A stretch of DNA of 64,000 nt, taken from assembly GCF_004010195.1 (NCBI RefSeq), contig NC_057751.1:11460578-11524577 (forward strand). The letters are read 5' to 3'. The DNA is from Chiloscyllium plagiosum. Lineage: Eukaryota. Under the pieces are notes generated by a model that was not told the DNA's origin, did not search any database, and worked only from the letters and a program-made list of their open reading frames with translations. Every line of letters begins with the position of its first letter. Position 1 is the first letter of the stretch. The position numbers and the translations under genes are program-made. This document shows positions 37,330 through 50,715 of this stretch, piece by piece.

Positions 37330-37740
37330 GGTTGCCTTTATATTTACACCTTTTTGTGAGTATAGGATGTCCCAAAGCAATTCACTATCGAGCAAGCATT
37401 TCTGATTTTTGTCAGTATGTTTGGGGCAGCCATTTGACACACAGATACTTCCCATATACAGCAATCAGATAAACCGGATCATGTGTTTTCAGGGAAGGGT
37501 AGGTGTTGGTGAGGATGCTGGGGAAGCATGAGTGCTGTCAGACAATTTACACTGACCTGAGAGGGCCGATGGGAACTTGGGTCCATATTGTAGCCAAAAG
37601 GTGGCATCTTTGACCATGCAGCACTCCTTCGGTATTGCACAGAAGTGTCAGCTGAGACTTGGTGCTCAAGTCTTTGGATTGGACTTAAGTCCACAATCAT
37701 CTCGCTCAAAGGTGAGGGTGCTTGCCACAGTGTGCTGTAA
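37330..37740 (-). mobile_element. DeuSINE-like SINE
   Basis: ggatgtcccaaagc..gcagccatttgacacacag..gcagcactccttcggtattgcac.gaagtgtcagct..ggacttaa. Confidence 0.6.
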
Positions 37741-39402
37741 CTGGGAACAAAACCAAGAAAGAAGAGGACTTGACCAGGCTCAGTTCTTCAGTCAAAGGGT
37801 TGTGTATTTTGAGTCATTAAGCATACTGAAGAACATTTTTCCATGATTGGGGTAGTTTGAGAATGTGTAGCTGAGGTTGAGGTTCCTAGTTCTTATGTTC
37901 TTTGTAGCTGTCTTGTTAGTGGGCTTCCCAAGATAAGCAACTGGTGTGTGTTGTCATGTCAACTGATCTCTCTACTTACTTGGTCACTTCCCTCCCTTTT
38001 CAAAGTATGTACACCAGCTCATCGTTCTGTGTGGAATGAAAGGTTGGTCATGGCTTCAATCCATTTGAGACCCATGATTCCACCTTGCAGGATGTCCTCT
38101 TCATGGTTCATACGCTAAGAAATGTCACATGTTGGGAGGAAGGAAAGAGGAAACTGACTGTGTCGCTGTCTGATTCCTGCTCAGTTCACCAGCTTGTTTG
38201 TTTGATAGTTTAAGTGATGTTGTGTTGGAAAGAAAATGCTTAAATCTGCCAAACCTTGCAGGCGGAGAATCCAAACTGGCTGCGATTTATGTTGCACACT
38301 GTTGTCTCGGGGTTGGAAATGAATGTTACTACTTTCAGTTGACCGAGGTATGGTAACAGTGTCCTGGCACTTGCACCCAGGCACACAAACTTACCTTTCC
38401 CACTTTCAAGCTTCAAGAGTCAACAGTGGGCATTGAGTAAAGTGAATGGAGAGGAAGTTTTCAAGCAGCGTTGAAAATTTTCATCTGGGTTATCTTAAGG
38501 GATGAATCAAAATTTCCTTCAAGCTGCATCCTATACACTATTGTAACATGCAGGCTGAGAAGAGCTGAGAACCTCACCAAAGTATCAGCTGAATGAATAA
38601 TCTATGCAGCATCCCATACCAGCACTTGGAATGCCTATTCCCAAGTCTGCAAAATAGCTTTCAGCCTGTTACCTACCCACTGCACAGTACATATATTAGC
38701 ACGTATAATGAAGCCAGTGCATTAGTTATGCTGAATAATTGACATTTCAATTGAATTAATAGGGATACATTTCACCAGACTTTCAACTACTGACCAAACC
38801 CGCTTCACATGGCACTGTTGCTTCCTTAGTAGTTCAGTTGAGAGTGGATCAATCACTATCACTTATACAGACAAGGATCTGAATTTTTCACGTTTGTCTT
38901 GGGAGGGTGGGGTTGGAGAGAGCAGGGAGGTTCTGGTTGTGTCGAGATGTGGGTAAGGATGGGAATAGGCTGTTGGAATTCAATTTGTGAGAATTCCAAT
39001 TATCGTATTTGAGTTTTGTTGACAAACAATACATTTTGTTGAACGTTTTTATCCTGTGTTCATCAGGACCTGCAAGCATTAGCAGTGTGAAAGGAAAACA
39101 ATATTTTAAATTGTATGGAAAAAAATGTGTTTTCTTGGTTGGTTGGATCCTGATGGATAGAAATGATCTGGACAAACAGTCAAGTCCAATTCCTCATAAA
39201 TTGAGCAATATTCTGTGCCCGTTTAACATTCTTTGTAAAACCGGTGGGGCCTGAATCTGCAAGAAGGTTAGGTGTCCACTTTGAAAACAGTCTTTAAACT
39301 CTCAGACCAGGAATTAAGAAATGCTTTTCAGGAAAATTTTCCAAAAGTTTACAATATTGTGACTGCCTGTCATTATGCTGAAGACTTAATTCCCACGTAG
39401 CT

Positions 39403-39428
39403 TGTGTGTGTGTGTGTGTGTTGTGTGT
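39403..39428. repeat. (TG)n microsatellite
   Basis: Seen directly. Confidence 0.85.
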
Positions 39429-40299
39429 ACATGTTGGGAGGGGCATGCTACCCAGCCTGTTTCTGAAAGTGATGTGAATTTGACATAGTGAAGAGTGTCA
39501 GTCTTTTTGTGAGGCAAATTACTTCTTCAGAATGTAAGTGGTCGGGTTATTGATTGAAAGGTGTTGCCTTTTCCTTTGTCTACCTCATGCTGTCAGATCC
39601 AACTGCAAGAGGGACAGCTGAGCTTCACTGAAATCTCCTGGTACATACGATATTTCAGATGTTGGATGCAGAGATCAAGGAGTCCAATAAGCACAGCTTT
39701 TCAGAACTAACCTCCGGAACTGTGGCAGTCACTCTGTAGAATGAAGCCAGGTTATTAACTCAGTGCTAGATCATTGGTGATATGGATGCAAACAGCATGC
39801 TGCTCTGGGAGATTAATAAGGTCTCTCACACACAGTCAAAAGAGTGTGCATTCCAACACCATTGCTGCTGTGATTCCAACAACTGAGTTCCCAGAGTCAT
39901 TTCAGGGATTTCACATGGACAATCAGTCCCTTGATGCACTCCTGTGAAGGATTGAAAGCATAACGTCGAAGACAAGATAGTGTGCATGCAGCAGAATGAG
40001 CACCCTGCTTCAGAACTTGGTGTGTCCTCATGAGCAGGTTGATTGTATACTGCCCAAGCTGGCATTTGTTGACCTCTACAGTGAGAGAAGAGAGAAAAAG
40101 TACACCCATGAAAGCCCCTTTGTATATGTATAATGGAGGAGTCTGATGAATAAAGTTAGAAATTGCTTATTTTTTCAAACACCATGACTGGTCAACAGGT
40201 AGGTTGACCTTTTGAAATATCATGTTGCTTATGTACTTTTCGGCTGTCATCAACCATGACCAAGTTGTCACAATCTCGCTGAAAAGAACATAGACATTC

Positions 40300-40556
40300 T
40301 CCACGTGGCAGGGTTGGTTTCTCCAGGTGCTGTGGTTTCATCCCATTGGCAAAAGATGTGCAGGTCAGGTGGATTCATTGTGCCAAATTGCCATGTAGTG
40401 TCCAGAAATATGCAGCTTAGAGGATTAGCCATGGGGAATGTGGAGTTACAGGGATAGGGTAAGGAGATGGGTCTGGGTGGGATGCTCATTGGCGCATCAG
40501 TGTGGACTCAATGGGCTGAATGGCCTGCTTCCACATCGTAGATACTCTATGATTCT
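40300..40556 (+). mobile_element. Older HE1-related SINE, headless
   Basis: ggtttctccaggtgct..caaaagatgtgcaggtcaggtggatt..gggctgaatggcctgcttccac..ctctatgattct. Confidence 0.75.
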
Positions 40557-41303
40557 GGGCTGGTTGCCTGGATGTTAAGATAGCAATGATCACACTGAAT
40601 GTTTCATTCATTCAGAAAGGTGTTAGAAATTATTCATTTTTCCTCATCTATTTAATTACAGACGGGCAGTAAGTGCAGGCTTAGCCATCAGTGTCCACGT
40701 TCCATGAACAAATAAAATAAAATTCAGCAGGTTCTCTGTCTTATCCCAGAAACTAGCTGAGTGTGAAAGAAAAGGGAGAGATTGATTATCAATCTGAATT
40801 GTTCTGATGCTTTACGGCAGATGGCAAAATTGCAAAAGTTTCCTGTCAGCCAGAACCGTGTAATAGTCGATTGCCCTTGAGGTGGCCTTGGGGAGCTTTC
40901 ACTTGAACTATAGCAGTCCTTGGGGGTATACAGATATCCACAGTGCTGTTAGGAGGCAAATTTCAGAAATTTGACTCTGTGATAATAGAGGAGTGTTTGG
41001 CCGTATCATAACACTCCTTCCATAGTCATCAAGTGAGCCTCTGTCACAGGGGTAGGGACACCATCGCTGCACCACATGGGGGAAATGGGTCTTGAAATCA
41101 CAACCTGCCAACAGAACATTGCAAATGCCAAGAACCCCAGGAGGTGGTGTTCTGGAAGAAATGCAAAGGCCGAACTGGAACCGAGAAGAAAGCAGCTGAC
41201 CCGAACTTGACAACATGACATTCTGACCTTTTGTTGAGCAGGGGTTTTCACCAGCATTAACATTCCCTTATCTGTGACATGAAATAAAATCAATGACACA
41301 GAT

Positions 41304-41616
41304 GTGTGGCACGGTGGTTCAGTGGTTAGCACCGTTGCCTCACAGCACCAGGGACCCAGGTTCAATTCCAGCAAACTGTCTGTGTGGAGTTTGCACATTC
41401 TCCCTGTGTCTGTGTGGGTTTCCTCTGGGTGCTCCGGTTTCCTCCCACAATCCAAAGATGTGCAGGTCAGATGAATTGGCCATGCTAAATTACTCATAGT
41501 GATAGGCGCATTAGTTAGAGGGAAATGGGTCTGGGTGGGCTACTCTTCGGAGGGTTGGAGTAGACTGGTTGGGCCGAAGGGCCTGTTTCCATACTGTAGG
41601 TAATCTAATCTAATCT
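41304..41616 (+). mobile_element. HE1-type SINE, full length
   Basis: TGGTTCAGTGG A box, GGTTCAATTCC B box, (aatct)3 tail. Confidence 0.9.
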
Positions 41617-43119
41617 CAAAGGTTTGTTGATAGGATTCACTTTCCAAGATGTTCAATCTGGATATTTTTGAACCAACCTGTTCAAGGTCATTATTGCACA
41701 CCTCTGGAACGGGTGGGTCTTGAACTCAGGACTATTAATCCAGTGGCAGGGCACTAACTACCATTACACCACAAGAGCCCCAAAACTTATCCAATCAATG
41801 TTTTTCCTCAGGCAATCAGAACTTAAAGTGCATCTCACCCGCCCAGGTCTAATTTGTAATTTTCTGCAAATGTGCTGGCTGTGAGTAATGATCCATGATT
41901 TGTCAAAAATCCAAGTTCACACTGTCTGAGAATTCAGTCTTGCTGGCATTAAGTTGTCATGCCTTCGACATTGCATTACTATGATTATGGCTCAGTTCAG
42001 AAGAAAATGAGCAGAAAACAAATGGTGCTTGTGTCTCTGCAATGTTAGATGGCTTTGAGCTGTCTTACTGGCTCCAGTTTCCTCTCCTCTGCTATGTTTT
42101 CCTGTAATGTAGAGTAGACTTGAGAGGACAAGGGCTAGCAGACCACCTGCTCCCTGAGGCTTATCAATGAAGTCTTGTCATTGGTCATGTACAAGTAGTT
42201 AGGAAGACTGTGTGTGTGTTTTGGGAGAGCACCACTGAATTTGCTGCATTTCTGCAGTGATGGATACATGGGCCCTTCCATCATTCTGCATTACTTTCTT
42301 GGCAAGGAGAGGTTAGTGGGGCTTTTGCAACGATACATTTCAAATTGGTTCCTGAATTAAAGAAAGAACTTGTCTATTTCTGGTTTTAGATATTTGTCTG
42401 GTTTTCACTGCAAGATTATCAGTAACACATTGCCATCCCAGAACAACAGAGTAAGGTGCCAGACAAGAAGGGAACCACTTTTACACTTGTGTCTATATGT
42501 GAGTGAGCATGAGTAATGGAAGTGTCTTTTTCCTGCAGTCAGAGTGGGTACTATTTGTTGACCCTTGTTCAGCCAAGCAGGCTCACTGGCTGGATGTTCT
42601 GATAAAGCAGTCCCTCTGAACTGATGACTGATGCACTGAGTTGTATCATGTTGCTAGTTTTGTCTCCCTAAACAGTTTTGTCTGGAATACCCACTCTTGG
42701 CAGGAGATGAACTGACCATCTCTGAGCTTTCAGACCGAAGGGCAGATTCCAAAGAAGCGAGGCCCAGTCACTAAACTCTAACCTCTTCGTGTTCCATTTG
42801 ATGTGATTCTTCCAGTGTAATTTTCCAATTGTCATTATTCTTCCTTTCACAAGTGATGCACTGATCCAGTTCTGCAATCATCCGTGCAATCCTCTGCACT
42901 ATTTATAGCTTTTGGATTCAGAACATGTTTGAGGCTCAGCCAATACAATCTGGTTCATACTAAACCCATACTCCTGCACTCGTGCCCCTGTAAGCTGGCT
43001 GTCGGGAAGCAGATTATCAAAAACTGTACACTTAAAATTCAGGGACAGCAGATTAGAGTTTGAGGGAAAGTACATCTTTTCCCAAGTTGCCTTGGTAAGG
43101 GTTATTCTTGTGAAAGGTG

Positions 43120-43570
43120 CTATGAAATAAAATGAGTGATGTCAAGAAGGTGAAAAAGACTTTTAAATATATTACATGCATCACAACATCTGGAGATTGC
43201 TAAGTGTCTCAGCCAATGGAAGTGCTTTGAAAATACAGTCCATGTTGTATTGTAGGGAATGCAGCAGTCAGTTTGTAGATAACCAGCTCCTACCAATGCT
43301 ATTGCATTGATGATCTGTTTCAGTTGTCTTGATTGATTGGCCACTTCACTGGGGTGATCCCTGTTGTTCTTGTTTGAAATAATGTCATTGGATCTCCTGA
43401 GAGGGCAGATGTGGCCTCAGTTTAAGGTCCCACTCAAAACTCAGCACCACCAGCAGTTGGGACTAAACTGGAGGAAGCCGAGATTCCTGTACTCTTGTTT
43501 TTTGGAGTGAAGTTCACGTTTGTCTTTTCAATCAGAGGTCAAGGTGTTACCAACTGAACCATGGCTGACA
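43120..43570 (-). mobile_element. DeuSINE-like SINE
   Basis: aaaagactttt..cagccaatggaagtgctttgaa..tgtagggaatgcagcagtcagtttg..cctgagagggcagatgtggcctcagtttaa. Confidence 0.6.
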
Positions 43571-44714
43571 CTTCTTGCTTGTGTGTGAGAGATGTTGGGA
43601 TTTTGCAACTGTTCTTCATAGAGGTGGATAGGTTACGGGAACTTGGTGCCTGACTTAGGGGTATTTTGTGTGGAGACATCCCAGGTCCATTAAAGTGTTA
43701 TTCTGCAACACTTCTCTTCCACCCCCTTAGTGTTTAAATGTAGTGGAAGATTAGATTCTGAGTTTGATTTGTTCATCCGTTTGCACCGCATTCAAAACCT
43801 GGCCTGGTTTCATGCTGTTTATGAAATGTCTTTGAGACTTCTGCTATGTTGTATGTTCAAACTTGCTTATCTTATAGTGGATGCATATAAGCTGTTTGAT
43901 TCATTATTCTCAACACAAGATCATTTTTACTTTTCTGTGAATGTTTGCTGATTGCCGTCTCATTGCGACAGATCCTAAAGGGGTTTCTCTGGCCTCTCGA
44001 CAGTCAGAAAATTAATTTTCGGTGCGATATTCGTGCTCATAAGTAAGACTAAGTCATACAAGCCAAGTGAAAGTTTGAGTGATGCAAATAATGGGGTCAT
44101 GTTTCTGTAGTGCAGTGGCAGTGTTCTTACTGCTGGACTAGGAGGTCTGGGATTACTTCCCACTCTTCCAGAGGTGTGTCATAGCATCCTTCAGCAGAAT
44201 GATAAGACAATATCAAAGTATGGAGAGACAGCTACAAAATAAGTGGAGGTTTGCTTTCTCCAAGTCATGCATACAGCAGAAAAGGTTAGATTTTAAAATA
44301 TGAAGAAGTGACATTGCAGAATTAGGTGTATTGCAGGTGCTGATACAAACGATAACTCATGATTTCTGAGTCCGATTTTTAAGTCTTTACAATCACCATT
44401 TTTGTGTCATTCCTAAGTACTGCACAACCATAATTCCCACTGAGTCCTTTGATTTGTTTACCTTGTTGGTTCACTGCTTAAACTGAAGGTTGTAAACTTC
44501 CAATAATCTGACTGTCACGTGGGGTCACTCATTGCATGAAGGGCATTGGGTCACTTATCAGGGATTTGGGTCTGATGATTGGTCAAATTATAGCTAAATA
44601 GGAAGATTTATTGAGCATCAAGTGTGACATGACAAGCAATTCACATTGCTGTACAGGTTCTTCTTCAGGTGTTGTTTCTGGACAGGCCAGTGCGCAAATT
44701 CCTGGACTTGATTA

Positions 44715-44990
44715 GGGGAGGCAATAGCCTTGTGGTAATATTACAAGACTATTAATCCAGAGATCCTGACAATGTTCCAGGTGCATAGTTTTCAATCCCA
44801 CTGCGGCAGATGGTAGAATTTGCATTTGATTAAAATCCAAAATTAAGAGTCTACTGATGACCATCAACCCATTGTCAACTGTCAAGAAAAACCTGTCTGG
44901 TTCATTAATGTCCTTCAGGAAAGGAAATCAGCCATGCTTACCTGGTCTGGCCTAGATCCACAGCCATTTGATTGACTCTCAACTGCCCTC
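44715..44990 (+). mobile_element. tRNA-derived SINE of another family (related pieces at ~20440-21110 and ~63040-63380)
   Basis: gggaggcaatagccttgtggtaatatt..gactattaatccag..tcaatcccac (A/B-box-like head); body ctggttcattaatgtccttcaggaaaggaaatc. Confidence 0.6.
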
Positions 44991-45130
44991 TTTCCGTCAG
45001 CCCATCAATGATTTTTTAAAAAAATCTCCTTGTAGGCTTCTCAACCTTGTGTGGTTTTTTTTCAGCATTCTGTAACCTGCTCAGACCTTTTGGACTTGGC
45101 TAATCCCAGCTGAATCAAGATGAGCACAGG

Positions 45131-45250
45131 ACATTGCTGATGAAGGGCTTTTGCCCGAAGTATCGATTTTCCTGCTCCTCGGATGCTGCCTGACCTGCTG
45201 TGCTTTTTCAGCGCTACTCTAACCTCCAGCATCTGCAGTGCCCACTTCCA
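45131..45250 (+). mobile_element. Penelope hammerhead mini-element (core mutated)
   Basis: ctgatgaagggcttttgcccgaagtatcgattttcctgctcctcggatgctgcctgacctgctg. Confidence 0.85.
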
Positions 45251-45984
45251 CCTGACCACAGCTGAGGACAACCCCTTCCATTTGGATCATTCTTTTCTTC
45301 ACTACAAGTCTCATGGATTTTACTCCTTTCTTCTATCCACAAATAATTAACCCTCTCAGTTCACAAATCTTTTGGAGTCCATTCTGCAGTTTTGAGGGCA
45401 AGCCATTGGATCTTGAATTGGTTCCTCCCATCTGGTATTGCCAACTAAGATATAATGTAGCTAGTTAACATGGCTCTCACACAGCCAGAGGTTCTTGGAG
45501 TGGATGCTGGGGAGAGATAGTTCACCTGCTCTTTGACCACGCTGACTGAAATCCTCCTCCCCAGCACCCCCCCCCGCCCAACCAGCAGCAAGTCCCAGCT
45601 GAGTCCAGTCTGATGGGTCAGTCTGTCTTCAGTTGTAGTCACTTCTGGGACTGTGGTCAGTCCCAAGAGTTGTGGATGCTGAAGTTGATGTAAACCCAGG
45701 GATTTTGGGCCAGTCCTTTTGATGGACCACTGGGGTAGGGGGTTGATGCAGACCAGGGTTTAGAGGTGTTGTGGGGGGATTTGGGGCTTGGGTTGTTCCC
45801 TCGATGGGCAGAGGAGTCTTTCCTTCTCAAAGAAGGTGTCTTGATCATCTGTTTCACTTGGTCCTCCCACTGCCCTTTTTGAGAGAGTTTTCATTAAATT
45901 GTTCAGACACATTATGACCCACCTCTGGAGCAGGTAGGACTTGAATCTTTTTTCTGCTATGTAAATCCCAGCACATGTCCTTGT

Positions 45985-46130
45985 CGTCTTCAGTTCTGAA
46001 TAAGAGTCATATTGGGCTTGAAACATGAGCTCCATCTCTCTCTGTACAGGTGCTGCCAGATCTGCTGAGTTTCTCTCAGACTGCCTTTTTTTGTTTCAGA
46101 TCTTCACTATGTACATATACTTTGCTTTTA
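45985..46130 (+). mobile_element. Decayed Penelope terminus (older subfamily)
   Basis: ttctgaataagagtca..ttgaaacat..tgctgccagatctgctgagtttct. Confidence 0.6.
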
Positions 46131-46344
46131 TTCTGTTTGTATGGGGGGGGTGGTTCTCGTCTGACTGTCATAACATGTAGGAATCATTACCACAGCTAGT
46201 GGTGTGACTGAACATGATCTTACACTCCCTCGCAACCTTGTGATAAGATGAAGCCACAGTAAGATGTTTTTTAAATGGAGCTAATTTTTTCATTGCTTCT
46301 GCACTATGACAAGAACATCAGTATTACATGAGCACAGCCCGATA

Positions 46345-46674
46345 TTAAAGTGCAGAATTAAAAATGTGTTTTAACTTCCTGACAAATTGTAATTCTGCAG
46401 CATGATTTTCTCACACTACTAACCCTGAGCTTCATCTCAACAGGGCTTTAGTCTGTCTTGTACTAGTTGCATTAGCCAGCGTTCCATTGGGCTTCAGAGA
46501 GGGAAGAGGTGGATTGAATTCCTGGGATGGTGTGCAACTTCCCCACTGTGTCTGTTTCTAACAGATGGGGAGCTCATTACACACAATATTTGCTGGGTAA
46601 GACACATGAGGCAGAATTTACATGGAATTCTGCACTGCCCTGATTTCCAGCTCAGTGACGTGTCACATCAACAT
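46345..46674 (+). repeat. Local ~330-bp direct duplication, copy 1
   Basis: Colinear with 49006-49337, roughly 85% identical by eye. Confidence 0.92.
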
Positions 46675-47534
46675 TTGCCTCTCCAGGATCCTTCCTTGAA
46701 ATGCATCAGCAACAGCCCTCCACTAAATCTACTCAGTCATCTCATTCAAATAAAATTGGTTGCAAAGCATTTGGAAGAATTTACAAATTGAAAACCAAAA
46801 GCACAGATGTTCTGATAAACTTGGTTCCTGCGACTCATTTCTCCTCTCTCACATCAGCGCCTGTGGCACATCCTGACAGCTGTCTCAACATCTTGGGACC
46901 TAATCTCACCCTTTTCCAGTTAGCTTTTAGCCCTTAACCCTGCCAAACAACTGGTCACAACTTGAACTGAAAAAGATGACTCACATTTCCAGTAGCCCTT
47001 ACAGCCCTCAATTCAAGTGTGTGTGTAGGAGTTAATCTCCAGGACTTGATTCATTTAAATATTGGTCTGCCTCTGAGCATTGAAGTTGCTCCAAGTTTCC
47101 TCATCACTCACCAAGAGTAAATGCTCAGTGATTGCTACTATTCCTCTCCCTTTCTCCGAGCTCACCCCCACATCCCACCACCCTCTCCTAATGTATTCTT
47201 TATTCCAGAATCAGATATGAAATACACTCACTTCAGACCACTGTCTGTGTAATTGGTAATTTGTGGATTTGACTGTCCAGGAGAAATGATTTCTTTCTTT
47301 TCGGTGACAGTTATTCTGGAATGGTGAAAGACATTGACTGAGAGACTGCAAAATGATATAAAGTGGAGTTCTTGGTGGGAACTTAATTTCAGAAGTCTGT
47401 TTGGACTAAATACAAGTTTCCCAGAGCTTGGAACCTCACTTGAAAGCAAGTCAAAAGGAAGTTAGTTGATTTGTTTAAATGCAATTTGCTACTTCTACAA
47501 GATTTGTATGGCTGATTGTGAGGATTTTGGTTAC

Positions 47535-47792
47535 ACAATGGCAAGAGGATTTCGCCTCTGGATTCATTCCTCCCATCGACCAGCCAGGTCGTACCCACTA
47601 CCTATGTTCACCTATCACTACTTCACCACTCTGCCCCTTCCCCCCCCACCAAACCTCCCTCCCTCCCAGACTTTATCTGCAGCTCCCCCTAACTCCACCT
47701 CCATTCCTGAAGAAAGGTTATACCCAAACCGTTGACTTCTCCACTTGCTGATGCTTGCTGTGTTCTTCCAGCCTCCTGCCTGTCTACTGTGG
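47535..47792 (+). mobile_element. Penelope-like 3' UTR/terminus (third subfamily), hammerhead decayed
   Basis: C-rich UTR, tttatctgcagc, then cattcctgaagaaaggttatacccaaaccgttgac. Confidence 0.65.
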
Positions 47793-47803
47793 AGATTGAC
47801 TGA

Positions 47804-48710
47804 CTAGGAGAAAGTGAGGACTGAGATGCTGGAGATCAGAGTCCGAACGTGTGGCACTGGAAAAGCGCAGAAGGTCAGGCAGCTTCCGAGAAGTAGGAGA
47901 GTCGACGTTGCAGGCGCAAGCCCTTCATCAGGAATGTTGGGGGTGGGGGAGATGTCCAAGGGGGCTGAGAGATAAATGGGAGGGGGTGGGACATGCAGGG
48001 AAGATAGCTAGGAAGATAGATAGATAGATGAAGGTGGTGGGTGATGGTGATAGGTTGGATCGGTTAGGTGTGAAGGAAGATGAACAGGTAGGACAGTTCA
48101 AGAGGGCTGTGCCGAGTTGGAGAGTTGGATCTGGGACAAGGGATGGGGAGCTGAGGAAACTGGTGAAACATCAATGTGGTCTTCTCTACATTGGGGAGAC
48201 AGGATGCCAGCTTGCAGAGCATTTCAGGGAACATCTCTAGGACACATGCACTAAACAACCCCACTACCCTGTGGCCGAACACTTCAATTCTCCCTCCCAA
48301 TCTGCCAAGGACATGCAAGTCCTGGGCCACCTCCACCACTAGATCCTAGCCACCCAACTACTGGAGGAAGAACACCTCATTTTCCACCATGGGACCCAAA
48401 TGGGATCAACATTGACTTCTCCAGTTTCCTCATCTGCCCTCCCCCCATCTTAACCCAAATCCAACCCTCCAACATGGCACCTCCCTCTTGAACTGTCCTA
48501 ACTGTCCATCTTTCTTCCCACCGATCCACTCCACCCTTCACTCCGACCAATTTCCATCACCCCCACTTGCATTTGCCTTCCTAGCTTTATCTCTCAGACC
48601 CCGTCACCCTCCACATTCCTAACAAAGGGCGTTTGCCCAAAATGTTGATTTTCTCCTCAGATGCTGCCTGATCTGCTGTGCTTTTCCAGCAATATACCTA
48701 TTTACTCTGG
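47804..48710. mobile_element. Penelope element with inverted terminal arrangement (minus arm 47804-48170, plus arm 48171-48710 with GIY-YIG remnant)
   Basis: CGLLYIGETGCQLAEHFREHL at ~48175; both arms carry the same 3' UTR and terminus in opposite orientation. Confidence 0.87.
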
Positions 48711-49005
48711 AGCAGGCACTGCTGTGTGTGGTCGGGCAGAGAGTTCAGTTCCATTGCACTGAGATTCTTCAACTGGCTTTTCTCCAGCTTTTGAGCAAGA
48801 ATCTGCACCTGGAACGTGAACTTATTTGCGCTCTGTACAGCAGTTTGTCAGAAGGAGATGCACAGAAACTCTGACTGCTCATAGTATCTGAAGTGGAGAG
48901 TTAACCTTTGGCCTGCTTAGTCCAAAATTCAATTGCATCTGTGCTATCGGGTGGACAGACCTGGCCTTTTCGGCACATTTTTAACCTTTGTGTACTGCAA
49001 TATAC

Positions 49006-49337
49006 TTAAAATGCAGAATTAAAAATAAATGCTTTAAGTTCCTGACAAATCATAATTCTGCAGCACGATTTTCTCACACCACGGACTCTGAATTTCATCC
49101 CACCAGGGCTTTAGTCTGTCTTGTACTAGCTGCGTTAGCCAGCGTTCCATTGGGTTTTAGAGAGGGAAGGGGTGGTTTGAATTCCTGGGATGGTGTGCAA
49201 CTCCCCCACTGTGCTTGTTTCATACAGGTGGGGAGCTCATTACGTGCAGCATTTGCTGGGTAAGACGTATGAGGCAGAATTTACCTGGAATTCTGCACTG
49301 CTCTGATTTCCAGCTCAGTGACGTGTCACATCAACAT
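49006..49337 (+). repeat. Local ~330-bp direct duplication, copy 2
   Basis: Colinear with 46345-46674; both end sharply at cagtgacgtgtcacatcaacat. Confidence 0.92.
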
Positions 49338-50390
49338 GAAGGTTAAACGTACAATGGCTTGATTAAAAATCTCAAGAGTCAAACTCCTTTTTAGCTCCTT
49401 GAAGACAGAGTTCATCCACAAAATCAGAGCAAAGGAATTCTGGCAGCACTGTTTGCAGTTTCACAAGACACACCAGGCAGTGTCCCAGTTGAAAAACTGA
49501 GGTCTCCTGTTTAACTTGCAGACAAGAATCTTTTGCTTGCAGAGGGTCTTGTACTTTCAGAACCCTCTTAGTCTGAGACTGGTGGATGTGGGGACAGAGA
49601 AATACATTTCTAATGCTCGAGTGGGTTGATTATTAACGACCTGGGAGGCTCCATGGATATCTGTGAGGAGGTGGAAATGTGGAGTTAAGGCTATGATCGA
49701 TCAGCTGCTATCTTATGAAATGGCAGGGCAGGCTATAGGGGCTCAATGTTCCACTCTAGCTTCAAATATTATTAAGATTACCCTTTACAGTATCACAAAA
49801 CACTGCTACTAAAGCAATTTTTCTCAAACAGTGTGACAAAGGTGCAGTGTAATCCCTTGACAAATTAACAGCTATCTTTAGAGTTGTCTCTCTGTCTGTA
49901 TGGTTTAGCATATTATGGAACAGAAGGTAAACTGAATCTAAGCTCTCTCGTTTTGAAACTTGGTCCACAAAGGCAATTGAAAGCTTGCACTCTGTAAATC
50001 ACTGCACATCAAAGTGAATGAAATGGAGGTTGATATTTGCAACTGCGTTAGGATTAAAAAAAGGCAAGCTCTGATGAGTGGATTTACTCCAGGATCAGAG
50101 CTGAGCAATTCATGTTTCAGCGAAGCTTCATTCATGGTATACAATGCAAAGTGAATTCCCAATATCCACGATGCAATGCAAGAGCCAAGCCAAGGTCAGG
50201 AACATGCTGGCAAGAAGGTGGACAGAAACTAGGATCATCGGCTGCTCAACTCTGAGCAGCCGAAACGTGGGATAAAGTCATGGGACCAGCCACGAATAGG
50301 TAAAATCAGATGAACTCAAAGGACCATGTCATGTTATGTCAAGGTTTTGGTGCTGACTGTGTGAGAATATTCTGGTGATTAGCAATTGAA

Positions 50391-50715
50391 ATTAGATTAG
50401 ATTAGATTACTTTAGATTAGATTACTTACAGTGTGGAAACAGGCCCTTCGGCCCAACAAGTCCACACCGCCCCGCCAAAGCGCAACCCACCCATACCCCT
50501 ACATGTACCCCTTTACCTAACGCTACGGGCAATTTAGCATGACCAATTCACCTAACCTGCACACCTTTGGACTGTGGGAGGAAACCAGAGCACCCAGAGG
50601 AAACCCGCATGGACTCTGGGAGAATGTGCACCCTCCACACACAGTCACCCGAGGGTGGGATCGAACCCAGGTCCCTGATGCTGTGGGGCAGCAGTGCGAA
50701 CCACTGAGCCACCGT
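50391..50715 (-). mobile_element. HE1-type SINE, full length with expanded (attag)n tail
   Basis: Reverse complement of HE1; B box GGTTCGATCCC on the minus strand; tail partly duplicated. Confidence 0.9.
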
